Assembly: GCA_036172245.1 (NCBI GenBank)
Contig: JAYWIR010000023.1
Location: forward strand, 3,100,001 to 3,134,570
Length of the DNA: 34,570 nucleotides
Direction of reading: 5' to 3'
From: Raillietiella orientalis
Lineage: Eukaryota
The position numbers and the translations under genes are program-made. The notes beneath the pieces are model-generated. The model did not search any database, was not told the origin of the DNA, and was given only the letters and a program-made list of their open reading frames with translations. Position 1 is the stretch's first letter; every line of letters begins with the position of its first letter. This document shows, in pieces, positions 22,026-34,570 of the stretch.

Positions 22026-25000
22026 GTGGAGCCGCACATCAATCCAATTTCTTGGTTTCAGAGGATGACTAAGAGGATTCCTACATTTCATTATGGTGGG
22101 ACACTTTTGACTATTCGCTGTTTTCATGGCAACCAGCGTCGGAATTAGAAAGCGAATGTTTACCTTCGATCTGATTCACGATGTGGTCAAAATTTACATC
22201 TTTTGTGGGTTGTAATTAATTCGAACTCAGGAGATTAAGCCATTGCTCTTTTGCTCTTTCTTGCGAAACATCCGTTTGAAGTGAGCTGCAAATTCACGGA
22301 GTGGAGCCGCACATCATCCCAATTCCTTGGTTTCACAGGATGACTATGAGGATTCCTACATTTCATTATGATGGGGCACTTTTGACTCTGCGCTGTTTTC
22401 ATGGCAACCAGCGTCGGAATTAGAAAGCGAGTGTTTTCCTTCGATGTGATCCATTATGTGGTCAAAATTTACAACTTTTGTGAGTTTTCATCAATTCTAA
22501 ATCAATACATTTGACCATTGCACTCTTGCTCTTTCTCGCGAAGCATCCATTTGCAGTGAGCTGCAAATTCACGGAATGGAGCCGCACATCATTCCAATTT
22601 CTTGGTTTCAGAGGATGACTAAGAGGATTCCTACATTTCATTATGATGGGGCAATTTTGATTCTGCGCTGTTTTCATGGCAACCAGCGTCGGAATTTGAA
22701 AGCGAGTGTTTTCCTTCGATGTGATCCATTATGTGGTCAAAATTTACAACTTTTGTGAGTTGCAATCAATTGCAAATCAGGACATTTCACCATTGCACTT
22801 TTGCTCTTTCTCGCGAAGCATCCATTTGCAGTGAGCTGCAAATTCACGGAGTATAGCCGAACATCATTCCAATTTCTTGGTTTCAGAGGATGACTAAGGG
22901 GATTCCTACATTTAATTATGGTAGGGCACTTTTGACTCTGCGATGTTTTTACGGCAAGCAGCGTTGGAATTAGAAAGCGAGTGTTTTCCTTCGATGTGAT
23001 CCATTATGTGGTCAAAATTTACAACTTTTGTGAGTTGTAATCAATTGCAAATCAGGACATTTCACCATTGCACTTTTGCGCTTTCTCGCGAAGCATCCAT
23101 TTGCAGTGAGCTGCAAATTCACGGAATGGAGCCGCACATCATTCCAATTTCTTGGTTTCAGAGGATGACTAAGAGGATTCCTACATTTCATTATGGTGGG
23201 GCACTTTTGACTCTGCGCTGTTTTCATGGCAACCAGCGTCGGAATTAGAAAGCGAATGTTTTCCTTCGATCAGATTCACGATATGGTCAAAATTTACATC
23301 TTTTGTGGGTTGTAATTAATTCGAACTCAGGAGATTAAGCCATTGCTCTTTTGCTCTTTCTTGCGAAACATCCGTTTGAAGTGAGCTGCAAATTCACGGA
23401 GTGGAGTCGCACATCATCCCAATTCCTTGGTTTCAGAGGATGACTATGAGGATTCCTACATTTCATTATGATGGGGCACTTTTGACTCTGCGCTGTTTTC
23501 ATGGCAACCAGCGTCGGAATTTGAAAGCGAGTGTTTTCCTTCGATGTGATTCATTATGTGGTCAAGATTAAAACTTTTGTGAGTTGTAATCAATTGCAAA
23601 TCAGGACATTTCACCATTGCACTTTTGCGCTTTCTGGCGAAGCATCCATTTGCAGTGAGCTGCAAATTCACGGAATGGAGCCGCACATCATTCCAATTTC
23701 TTGGTTTCAGAGGATGACTAAGAGGATTCCTACATTTCATTATGGTGGGGCACTTTTGACTCTGCGCGGTTTTCATGGCAACCAGCGTCGGAATTAGAAA
23801 GCGAGTATTTTCCTTCGATGTGATTCATTATGTGGTCAAGATTTACAACTTTTGTGAGTTGTAAGCAACTGCAAATCAGGACATTTCACCATTGCACTTT
23901 TGCGCTTTCTGGCGAAGCATCCATTTGCAGTGAGCTGCGAATTCACGGAATGGAGCCGCACATCATTCCAATTTCTTGGTTTCAGAGGATGACTAAGACG
24001 ATTCCTACATTTCATTATGGTGGGGCATTTATGACTCTGCGCTGTTTTCATGGCAACCAGCGTCGGAATTAGAAAGCGAGTATTTTCCTTCGATGTGATT
24101 CATTATGTGGTCAAAATTTACAACTTTTGTGAGTTTTCATCAATTCTAAATCAGGACATTTCACCAATGCACTTTTGCTCTTTCTCGCGAAGCATCCATT
24201 TGCAGTGAGCTGCAAATTCACGGAATGGAGCCGCACATCATTCCAATTTCTTGGTTTCAGAGGATGACTAAGAGGATTCCTACATTTCATTAGGATGGGG
24301 CACTTTTGATTCTGCGCTGTTTTCATGGCAACCAGCGTCGGAATTTGAAAGCGAGTGTTTTCCTTCGATGTGATTCATTATGTGGTCAAGATTTACAACT
24401 TTTTTGAGTTGTAATCAATTCCAAATCAGTACATTTGACCATTGCAGTTTTGCTCTTTCTTGCGAAGCATCCATTTGCAGTGAGCTGCAAATTCACGGAA
24501 TGGAGCCGCACATCATTCCAATTTCTTGGTTTCAGAGGATGTCTAAGAGGATTCCTACATTTCATTATGATGGGGCACTTTTGACTCTTCGCTGTTTTCA
24601 TGGCAACCAGCGTCGGAATAAGAAAGCGAGTGTTTTCCTTCGATGTGATTCATTATGTGGTCAAAATTTACAACTTTTTTGAGTTGTAATCAATTCCAAA
24701 TCAGTACATTTGACCATTGCACTTTTGCTCTTTCTCGCGAAGCATCCATTTGCAGTGAGCTGGAAATTCACGGAGTATAGCCGAACATCATTCCAATTTC
24801 TTGGTTTCAGAGGATGACTAAGAGGATTCCTACATTTCATTATGGTGGGGCACTTTTGACTCTGCGCGGTTTTCATGGCAACCAGCGTCGGAATTAGAAA
24901 GCGAGTATTTTCCTTCGATGTGATTCATTATGTGGTCAAGATTTACAACTTTTGTGAGTTGTAAGCAACTGCAAATCAGGACATTTCACCATTGCACTTT

Positions 25001-28000
25001 TGCGCTTTCTGGCGAAGCATCCATTTGCAGTGAGCTGCGAATTCACGGAATGGAGCCGCACATCATTCCAATTTCTTGGTTTCAGAGGATGACTAAGACG
25101 ATTCCTACATTTCATTATGGTGGGGCATTTATGCCTCTGCGCTGTTTTCATGGCAACCAGCGTCGGAATTAGAAAGCGAGTATTTTCCTTCGATGTGATT
25201 CATTATGTGGTCAAAATTTACAACTTTTGTGAGTTTTCATCAATTCTAAATCAGGACATTTCACCAATGCACTTTTGCTCTTTCTCGCGAAGCATCCATT
25301 TGCAGTGAGCTGCAAATTCACGGAATGGAGCCGCACATCATTCCAATTTCTTGGTTTCAGAGGATGACTAAGAGGATTCCTACATTTCATTAGGATGGGG
25401 CACTTTTGATTCTGCGCTGTTTTCATGGCAACCAGCGTCGGAATTTGAAAGCGAGTGTTTTCCTTCGATGTGATTCATTATGTGGTCAAGATTTACAACT
25501 TTTTTGAGTTGTAATCAATTCCAAATCAGTACATTTGACCATTGCAGTTTTGCTCTTTCTCGCGAAGCATCCATTTGCAGTGAGCTGCAAATTCACGGAA
25601 TGGAGCCGCACATCATTCCAATTTCTTGGTTTCAGAGGATGACTAAGAGGATTCCTACATTTCATTATGATGGGGCACTTTTGACTCTTCGCTGTTTTCA
25701 TGGCAACCAGCGTCGGAATAAGAAAGCGAGTGTTTTCCTTCGATGTGATTCATTATGTGGTCAAAATTTACAACTTTTTTGAGTTGTAATCAATTCCAAA
25801 TCAGTACATTTGACCATTGCACTTTTGCTCTTTCTCGCGAAGCATCCATTTGCAGTGAGCTGCAAATTCACGGAGTATAGCCGAACATCATTCCAATTTC
25901 TTGGTTTCAAAGGATGACTAAGAGGATTCCTACATTTCATTATGGTGGGGCACTTTTGACTCTGCGCTGTTTTCATGGCAACCAGCGTCGGAATTGGAAA
26001 GCGAGTATTTTCCTTCGCTGTGATTCATTATGTGGTCAAAATTTACAACTTTTGTGAGTTTTCATCAATTCTAAATCAGGACATTTCACCAATGCACTTT
26101 TGCTCTTTCTCGCGAAGCATCCATTTGCAGTGAGCTGCAAATTCACGGAATGGAGCCGCACATCATTCCAATTTCTTGGTTTCAGAGGATGACTAAGAGG
26201 ATTCCTACATTTCATTAGGATGGGGCACTTTTGATTCTGCGCTGTTTTCATGGCAACCAGCGTCGGAATTTGAAAGCGAGTGTTTTCCTTCGATGTGATT
26301 CATTATGTGGTCAATATTAAAACTTTTGTGAGTTGTAATCAATTGCAAATCAGGACATTTCACCATTGCACTTTTGCGCTTTCTCGCGAAGCATCCATTT
26401 GCAGTGAGCTGCAAATTCACGGAATGGAGCCGCACATCATTCCAATTTCTTGGTTTCAGAGGATGACTAAGAGGATTCCTACATTTCATTATGGTGGGGC
26501 ACTTAACTCTGCGCTGTTTTCATGGCAACCAGCGTCGGAATTAGAAAGCGAATGTTTTCCTTCGATCAGATTCACGATATGGTCAAAATTTACATCTTTT
26601 GTGGGTTGTAATTAATTCGAAATCAAAAGATTAAGCCATTGCTCTTTTGCTCTTTCTCTCGAAACATCCATTTGCAGTGAGCTGCCAATTCACGAAATGG
26701 AGCCGCACATTATTCCAATTTCTTTGTTTCAGGGGATGACTAAGAGGATTCCTACATTTCGTTATGGTGGGGCACTTTTGACTCTGCGCGGTTTTCATGG
26801 CAACCAGCGTCGGAATTAGAAAGCGAGTGTTTTCCTTCGATGTGATCCATTATATGGTCAAAATTTACAACTTTTGTGAGTTGTAATCAATTGCAAATCA
26901 GGACATTTCACCATTGCACTTTTGCGCTTTCTGGCGAAGCATCCATTTGCAGTGAGCTGCAAATTCACGGAGTATAGCCGAACATCATTCCAATTTCTTG
27001 GTTTCAGAGGATGACTAAGGGGATTCCTACATTTAATTATGGTGGGGCACTTTTGACTCTGCGCTGTTTCCATGGCAAGCAGCGTTGGAATTAGAAAGCG
27101 AGTGTTTTCCTTCGATGTGATCCATTATGTGGTCAAAATTTACAACTTTTGTGAGTTGTAATCAATTGCAAATCAGGACATTTCACCATTGCACTTTTGC
27201 GCTTTCTGGCGAAGCATCCATTTGCAGTGAGCTGCAAATTCACGGAATGGAGCCGCACATCATTCCAATTTCTTGGTTTCAGAGGATGACTAAGAGGATT
27301 CCTACATTTCATTATGGTGGGGCACTTTTGACTCTGCGCTGTTTTCATGGCAACCAGCGTCGGAATTAGAAAGCGAGTGTTTTCCTTCGATGTGATCCAT
27401 TATGTGGTCAAAATTTACAACTTTTGTGAGTTGTAATCAATTGCAAATCAGGACATTTCACCATTGCACTTTTGCGCTTTCTGGCGAAGCATCCATTTGC
27501 AGTGAGCTGCGAATTCACGGAATGGAGCCGCACATCATTCCAATTTCTTGGTTTCAGAGGATGACTAAGACGATTCCTACATTTCATTATGGTGGGGCAT
27601 TTATGCCTCTGCGCTGTTTTCATGGCAACCAGCGTCGGAATTAGAAAGCGAGTATTTTCCTTCGATGTGATTCATTATGTGGTCAAAATTTACAACTTTT
27701 GTGAGTTTTCATCAATTCTAAATCAGGACATTTCACCAATGCACTTTTGCTCTTTCTCGCGAAGCATCCATTTGCAGTGAGCTGCAAATTCACGGAATGG
27801 AGCCGCACATCATTCCAATTTCTTGGTTTCAGAGGATGACTAAGAGGATTCCTACATTTGATTATGATGGGGCACTTTTGATTGTGCGCTGTTTTCATGG
27901 CAACCAGCGTCGGAATTTGAAAGCGAGTGTTTTCCTTCGATGTGATTCATTATGTGGTCAAGATTTACAACTTTTTTGAGTTGTAATCAATTCCAAATCA

Positions 28001-31000
28001 GTACATTTGACCATTGCAGTTTTGCTCTTTCTCGCGAAGCATCCATTTGCAGTGAGCTGCAAATTCACGGAATGGAGCCGCACATCATTCCAATTTCTTG
28101 GTTTCAGAGGATGACTAAGAGGATTCCTACATTTCATTATGATGGGGCACTTTTGACTCTTCGCTGTTTTCATGGCAACCAGCGTCGGAATAAGAAAGCG
28201 AGTGTTTTCCTTCGATGTGATTCATTATGTGGTCAAAATTTACAACTTTTTTGAGTTGTAATCAATTCCAAATCAGTACATTTGACCATTGCACTTTTGC
28301 TCTTTCTCGCGAAGCATCCATTTGCAGTGAGCTGCAAATTCACGGAGTATAGCCGAACATCATTCCAATTTCTTGGTTTCAAAGGATGACTAAGAGGATT
28401 CCTACATTTCATTATGGTGGGGCACTTTTGACTCTGCGCTGTTTTCATGGCAACCAGCGTCGGAATTGGAAAGCGAGTATTTTCCTTCGCTGTGATTCAT
28501 TATGTGGTCAAAATTTACAACTTTTGTGAGTTTTCATCAATTCTAAATCAGGACATTTCACCAATGCACTTTTGCTCTTTCTCGCGAAGCATCCATTTGC
28601 AGTGAGCTGCAAATTCACGGAATGGAGCCGCACATCATTCCAATTTCTTGGTTTCAGAGGATGACTAAGAGGATTCCTACATTTCATTAGGATGGGGCAC
28701 TTTTGATTCTGCGCTGTTTTCATGGCAACCAGCGTCGGAATTTGAAAGCGAGTGTTTTCCTTCGATGTGATTCATTATGTGGTCAATATTAAAACTTTTG
28801 TGAGTTGTAATCAATTGCAAATCAGGACATTTCACCATTGCACTTTTGCGCTTTCTCGCGAAGCATCCATTTGCAGTGAGCTGCAAATTCACGGAATGGA
28901 GCCGCACATCATTCCAATTTCTTGGTTTCAGAGGATGACTAAGAGGATTCCTACATTTCATTATGGTGGGGCACTTTTGACTCTGCGCTGTTTTCATGGC
29001 AACCAGCGTCGGAATTAGAAAGCGAATGTTTTCCTTCGATCAGATTCACGATATGGTCAAAATTTACATCTTTTGTGGGTTGTAATTAATTCGAAATCAA
29101 AAGATTAAGCCATTGCTCTTTTGCTCTTTCTCTCGAAACATCCATTTGCAGTGAGCTGCCAATTCACGAAATGGAGCCGCACTTCATTCCAATTTCTTTG
29201 TTTCAAAGGATGACTAAGAGGATTCCTACATTTCGTTATGGTGGGGCACTTTTGACTCTGCGCTGTTTTCATGGCAACCAGCGTCGGAATTAGAAAGCGA
29301 GTATTTTCCTTCGATGTGATTCATTATGTGGTCAAAATTTACAACTTTTGTGAGTTGTAATCAATTGCAAATCAGGACATTTCACCATTGCACTTTTGCT
29401 CTTTCTCGCGAAGCATCCATTTGCAGTGAGCTGCAAATTCACGGAGTATAGCCGAACATCATTCCAATTTCTTGGTTTCAGAGGATGACTAGGGATTCCT
29501 ACATTTAATTATGGTGGGGCACTTTTGACTCTGCGCTGTTTCCATGGCAAGCAGCGTTGGAATTAGAAAGCGAGTGTTTTCCTTCGATGTGATCCATTAT
29601 GTGGTCAAAATTTACAACTTTTGTGAGTTGTAATCAATTGCAAATCAGGACATTTCACCAATGCACTTTTGCTCTTTCTCGCGAAGCATCCATTTGCAGT
29701 GAGCTGCAAATTCACGGAATGGAGCCGCACATCATTCCAATTTCTTGGTTTCAGAGGATGACTAAGAGGATTCCTACATTTCATTAGGATGGGGCACTTT
29801 TGATTCTGCGCTGTTTTCATGGCAACCAGCGTCGGAATTTGAAAGCGAGTGTTTTCCTTCGATGTGATTCATTATGTGGTCAATATTAAAACTTTTGTGA
29901 GTTGTAATCAATTGCAAATCAGGACATTTCACCATTGCACTTTTGCGCTTTCTCGCGAAGCATCCATTTGCAGTGAGCTGCAAATTCACGGAATGGAGCC
30001 GCACATCATTCCAATTTCTTGGTTTCAGAGGATGACTAAGAGGATTCCTACATTTCATTATGGTGGGGCACTTTTGACTCTGCGCTGTTTTCATGGCAAC
30101 CAGCGTCGGAATTAGAAAGCGAATGTTTTCCTTCGATCAGATTCACGATATGGTCAAAATTTACATCTTTTGTGGGTTGTAATTAATTCGAAATCAAAAG
30201 ATTAAGCCATTGCTCTTTTGCTCTTTCTCTCGAAACATCCATTTGCAGTGAGCTGCCAATTCACGAAATGGAGCCGCACATTATTCCAATTTCTTTGTTT
30301 CAGGGGATGACTAAGAGGATTCCTACATTTCGTTATGGTGGGGCACTTTTGACTCTGCGCGGTTTTCATGGCAACCAGCGTCGGAATTAGAAAGCGAGTG
30401 TTTTCCTTCGATGTGATCCATTATATGGTCAAAATTTACAACTTTTGTGAGTTGTAATCAATTGCAAATCAGGACATTTCACCATTGCACTTTTGCGCTT
30501 TCTGGCGAAGCATCCATTTGCAGTGAGCTGCAAATTCACGGAATGGAGCCGCACATCATTCCAATTTCTTGGTTTCAGGGGATGACTAGGAGGATTCCTA
30601 CATTTCGTTATGGTGGGGCACTTTTGACTCTGCGCTGTTTTCATAACAAGCAGCGTTGGAATTAGAAAGCGAGTGTTTTCCTTCGATGTGATCCATTATG
30701 TGGTCAAGATTAAAACTTTTGTGAGTTGTAATCAATTGCAAATCAGGACATTTCACCATTGCACTTTTGCGCTTTCTGGCGAAGCATCCATTTGCAGTGA
30801 GCTGAAATTCACGGAATGGAGCCGCACATCATTCCAATTTCTTGGTTTCAGAGGATGACTAAGAGGATTCCTACATTTCATTAGGATGGGGCACTTTTGA
30901 TTCTGCGCTGTTTTCATGGCAACCAGCGTCGGAATTTGAAAGCGAGTGTTTTCCTTCGATGTGATTCATTATGTGGTCAAGATTTACAACTTTTTTGAGT

Positions 31001-34000
31001 TGTAATCAATTCCAAATCAGTACATTTGACCATTGCAGTTTTGCTCTTTCTCGCGAAGCATCCATTTGCAGTGAGCTGCAAATTCACGGAATGGAGCCGC
31101 ACATCATTCCAATTTCTTGGTTTCAGAGGATGACTAAGAGGATTCCTACATTTCATTATGATGGGGCACTTTTGACTCTTCGCTGTTTTCATGGCAACCA
31201 GCGTCGGAATAAGAAAGCGAGTGTTTTCCTTCGATGTGATTCATTATGTGGTCAAAATTTACAACTTTTTTGAGTTGTAATCAATTCCAAATCAGTACAT
31301 TTGACCATTGCACTTTTGCTCTTTCTCGCGAAGCATCCATTTGCAGTGAGCTGCAAATTCACGGAGTATAGCCGAACATCATTCCAATTTCTTGGTTTCA
31401 AAGGATGACTAAGAGGATTCCTACATTTCATTATGGTGGGGCACTTTTGACTCTGCGCTGTTTTCATGGCAACCAGCGTCGGAATTGGAAAGCGAGTATT
31501 TTCCTTCGCTGTGATTCATTATGTGGTCAAAATTTACAACTTTTGTGAGTTTTCATCAATTCTAAATCAGGACATTTCACCAATGCACTTTGGTTCTTTC
31601 TCGCGAAGCATCCATTTGCAGTGAGCTGCAAATTTACGGAATGGAGCCGCACATCATTCCAATTTCTTGGTTTCAGAGGATGACTAAGAGGATTCCTACA
31701 TTTCATTAGGATGGGGCACTTTTGATTCTGCGCTGTTTTCATGGCAACCAGCGTCGGAATTTGAAAGCGAGTGTTTTCCTTCGATGTGATTCATTATGTG
31801 GTCAATATTAAAACTTTTGTGAGTTGTAATCAATTGGAAATCAGGACATTTCACCATTGCGCTTTTGCGCTTTCTCGCGAAGCATCCATTTGCAGTGAGC
31901 TGCAAATTCACGGAATGGAGCCGCACATCATTCCAATTTCTTGGTTTCAGAGGATGACTAAGAGGATTCCTACATTTCATTATGGTGGGGCACTTTTGAC
32001 TCTGCGCTGTTTTCATGGCAACCAGCGTCGGAATTAGAAAGCGAATGTTTTCCTTCGATCAGATTCACGATATGGTCAAAATTTACATCTTTTGTGGGTT
32101 GTAATTAATTCGAAATCAAAAGATTAAGCCATTGCTCTTTTGCTCTTTCTCTCGAAACATCCATTTGCAGTGAGCTGCCAATTCACGAAATGGAGCTGCA
32201 CTTCATTCCAATTTCTTTGTTTCAAAGGATGACTAAGAGGATTCCTACATTTCGTTATGGTGGGGCACTTTTGACTCTGCGCTGTTTTCATGGCAACCAG
32301 CGTCGGAATTAGAAAGCGAGTATTTTCCTTCGATGTGATTCATTATGTGGTCAAAATTTACAACTTTTGTGAGTTGTAATCAATTGCAAATCAGGACATT
32401 TCACCATTGCACTTTTGCTCTTTGTCGCGAAGCATCCATTTGCAGTGAGCTGCAAATTCACGGAGTATAGCCGAACATCATTCCAATTTCTTGGTTTCAG
32501 AGGATGACTAAGGGGATTCCTACATTTAATTATGGTGGGGCACTTTTGATTCTGCGCTGTTTTCATGGCAACCAGCGTCGGAATTTGAAAGCGAGTGTTT
32601 TCCTTCGATCTGATTCATTATGTGGTCAATATTAAAACTTTTGTGAGTTGTAATCAATTGCAAATCAGGACATTTCACCATTGCACTTTTGCGCTTTCTC
32701 GCGAAGCATCCATTTGCAGTGAGCTGCAAATTCACGGAATGGTGCCACACATCATTCCAATTTCTTGGTTTCAGAGGATGACTAAGAGGATTCCTACATT
32801 TCGTTATGGTGGGGCACTTTTGACTCTGCGCTGTTTCCATGGCAAGCAGCGTTGGAATTAGAAAGCGAGTGTTTTCCTTCGATGTGATCCATTATGTGGT
32901 CAAAATTTACAACTTTTGTGAGTTGTAATCAATTGCAAATCAGGACATTTCACCAATGCACTTTTGCTCTTTCTCGCGAAGCATCCATTTGCAGTGAGCT
33001 GCAAATTCACGGAATGGAGCCGCACATCATTCCAATTTCTTGGTTTCAGAGGATGACTAAGAGGATTCCTACATTTCATTAGGATGGGGCACTTTTGATT
33101 CTGCGCTGTTTTCATGGCAACCAGCGTCGGAATTTGAAAGCGAGTGTTTTCCTTCGATCTGATTCATTATGTGGTCAATATTAAAACTTTTGTGAGTTGT
33201 AATCAATTGCAAATCAGGACATTTCACCATTGCACTTTTGCGCTTTCTCGCGAAGCATCCATTTGCAGTGAGCTGCAAATTCACGGAATGGAGCCGCACA
33301 TCATTCCAATTTCTTGGTTTCAGAGGATGACTAAGAGGATTCCTACATTTCATTATGGTGGGGCACTTTTGACTCTGCGCTGTTTTCATGGCAACCAGCG
33401 TCGGAATTAGAAAGCGAATGTTTTCCTTCGATCAGATTCACGATATGGTCAAAATTTACATCTTTTGTGGGTTGTAATTAATTCGAAATCAAAAGATTAA
33501 ACCATTGCTCTTTTGCTCTTTCTCTCGAAACATCCATTTGCAGTGAGCTGCCAATTCACGAAATGGAGCCGCACATTATTCCAATTTCTTTGTTTCAGGG
33601 GATGACTAAGAGGATTCCTACATTTCGTTATGGTGGGGCACTTTTGACTCTGCGCGGTTTTCATGGCAACCAGCGTCGGAATTAGAAAGCGAGTGTTTTC
33701 CTTCGATGTGATCCATTATATGGTCAAAATTTACAACTTTTGTGAGTTGTAATCAATTGCAAATCAGGACATTTCACCATTGCACTTTTGCGCTTTCTGG
33801 CGAAGCATCCATTTGCAGTGAGCTGCAAATTCACGGAATGGAGCCGCACATCATTCCAATTTCTTGGTTTCAGGGGATGACTAGGAGGATTCCTACATTT
33901 CGTTATGGTGGGGCACTTTTGACTCTGCGCTGTTTTCATAACAAGCAGCGTTGGAATTAGAAAGCGAGTGTTTTCCTTCGATGTGATCCATTATGTGGTC

Positions 34001-34570
34001 AAGATTAAAACTTTTGTGAGTTGTAATCAATTGCAAATCAGGACATTTCACCATTGCACTTTTGCGCTTTCTGGCGAAGCATCCATTTGCAGTGAGCTGA
34101 AATTCACGGAATGGAGCCGCACATCATTCCAATTTCTTGGTTTCAGAGGATGACTAAGAGGATTCCTACATTTCATTAGGATGGGGCACTTTTGATTCTG
34201 CGCTGTTTTCATGGCAACCAGCGTCGGAATTTGAAAGCGAGTGTTTTCCTTCGATGTGATTCATTATGTGGTCAAGATTTACAACTTTTTTGAGTTGTAA
34301 TCAATTCCAAATCAGTACATTTGACCATTGCACTTTTGCTCTTTCTCGCGAAGCATCCATTTGCAGTGAGCTGCAAATTCACGGAATGGAGCCGCACATC
34401 ATTCCAATTTCTTGGTTTCAGAGGATGACTAAGAGGATTCCTACATTTCATTATGATGGGGCACTTTTGACTCTTCGCTGTTTTCATGGCAACCAGCGTC
34501 GGAATAAGAAAGCGAGTGTTTTCCTTCGATGTGATTCATTATGTGGTCAAAATTTACAACTTTTTTGAGT
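22026..34570 (-). repeat. Homogeneous satellite array of the same family in inverted orientation, ~45 monomers of 274-275 bp, with higher-order repeats; runs off the window end
   Basis: ATCCATTTGCAGTGAG (reverse complement of the left-array anchor) recurs every 275 bp. Near-identical ORF translations recur at offsets 275, 1100, 2472, 3019 and 3295. Confidence 0.97.

Noticed and set aside
22462..34568. Dozens of repeated 60-110 aa Cys/Lys-rich ORFs (MKTAQSQKCPTIMKC...) as a tandem peptide gene family
   Set aside because: They are by-products of a 275-bp unit that is not a multiple of 3. They occur on both strands, are freely broken by 1-bp indels and stops, and show no recognisable domain.
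15995..34570. CRISPR array
   Set aside because: Whole monomers repeat with no unique spacers, there are no cas genes, and the context is eukaryotic.
2070..34570. Canonical telomeric repeat tracts (TTAGGC/TTAGGG/TTAGG) supporting a chromosome-end location
   Set aside because: No tandem tracts were seen, so the terminal-addition hypothesis has no direct support from telomere repeats.

Overview
This is eukaryotic (probably invertebrate, nematode-like) genomic DNA crossing from gene-containing sequence into heterochromatin-like repeats. (1) 308-1746 (+): an intact 8-exon geranylgeranyltransferase type-I beta subunit gene (PGGT1B) with mostly 40-49-nt GT-AG introns. (2) About 2070-14290: five back-to-back non-LTR retrotransposon relics, all on the minus strand. 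Three are heavily decayed CR1/Jockey-group ORF2 remnants and two are L1/Tx1-like RT copies, the last nearly intact. (3) 14373-~15950 (+): a gag-like zinc-knuckle ORF1 pointing away from the adjacent RT, with the endonuclease domain missing. (4) About 15995 to the end: a ~275-279-bp satellite. A diverged array of ~22 monomers flips orientation at 22025/22026 into a homogeneous array of ~45 monomers with variable higher-order repeats. The best leads are the co-oriented LINE stack, the twin-priming-like ORF1/ORF2 inversion, the in-phase satellite inversion, and a Phe at the prenyl-pocket Thr49-equivalent of PGGT1B. All alignments were done by eye, so boundaries of the decayed relics are approximate.
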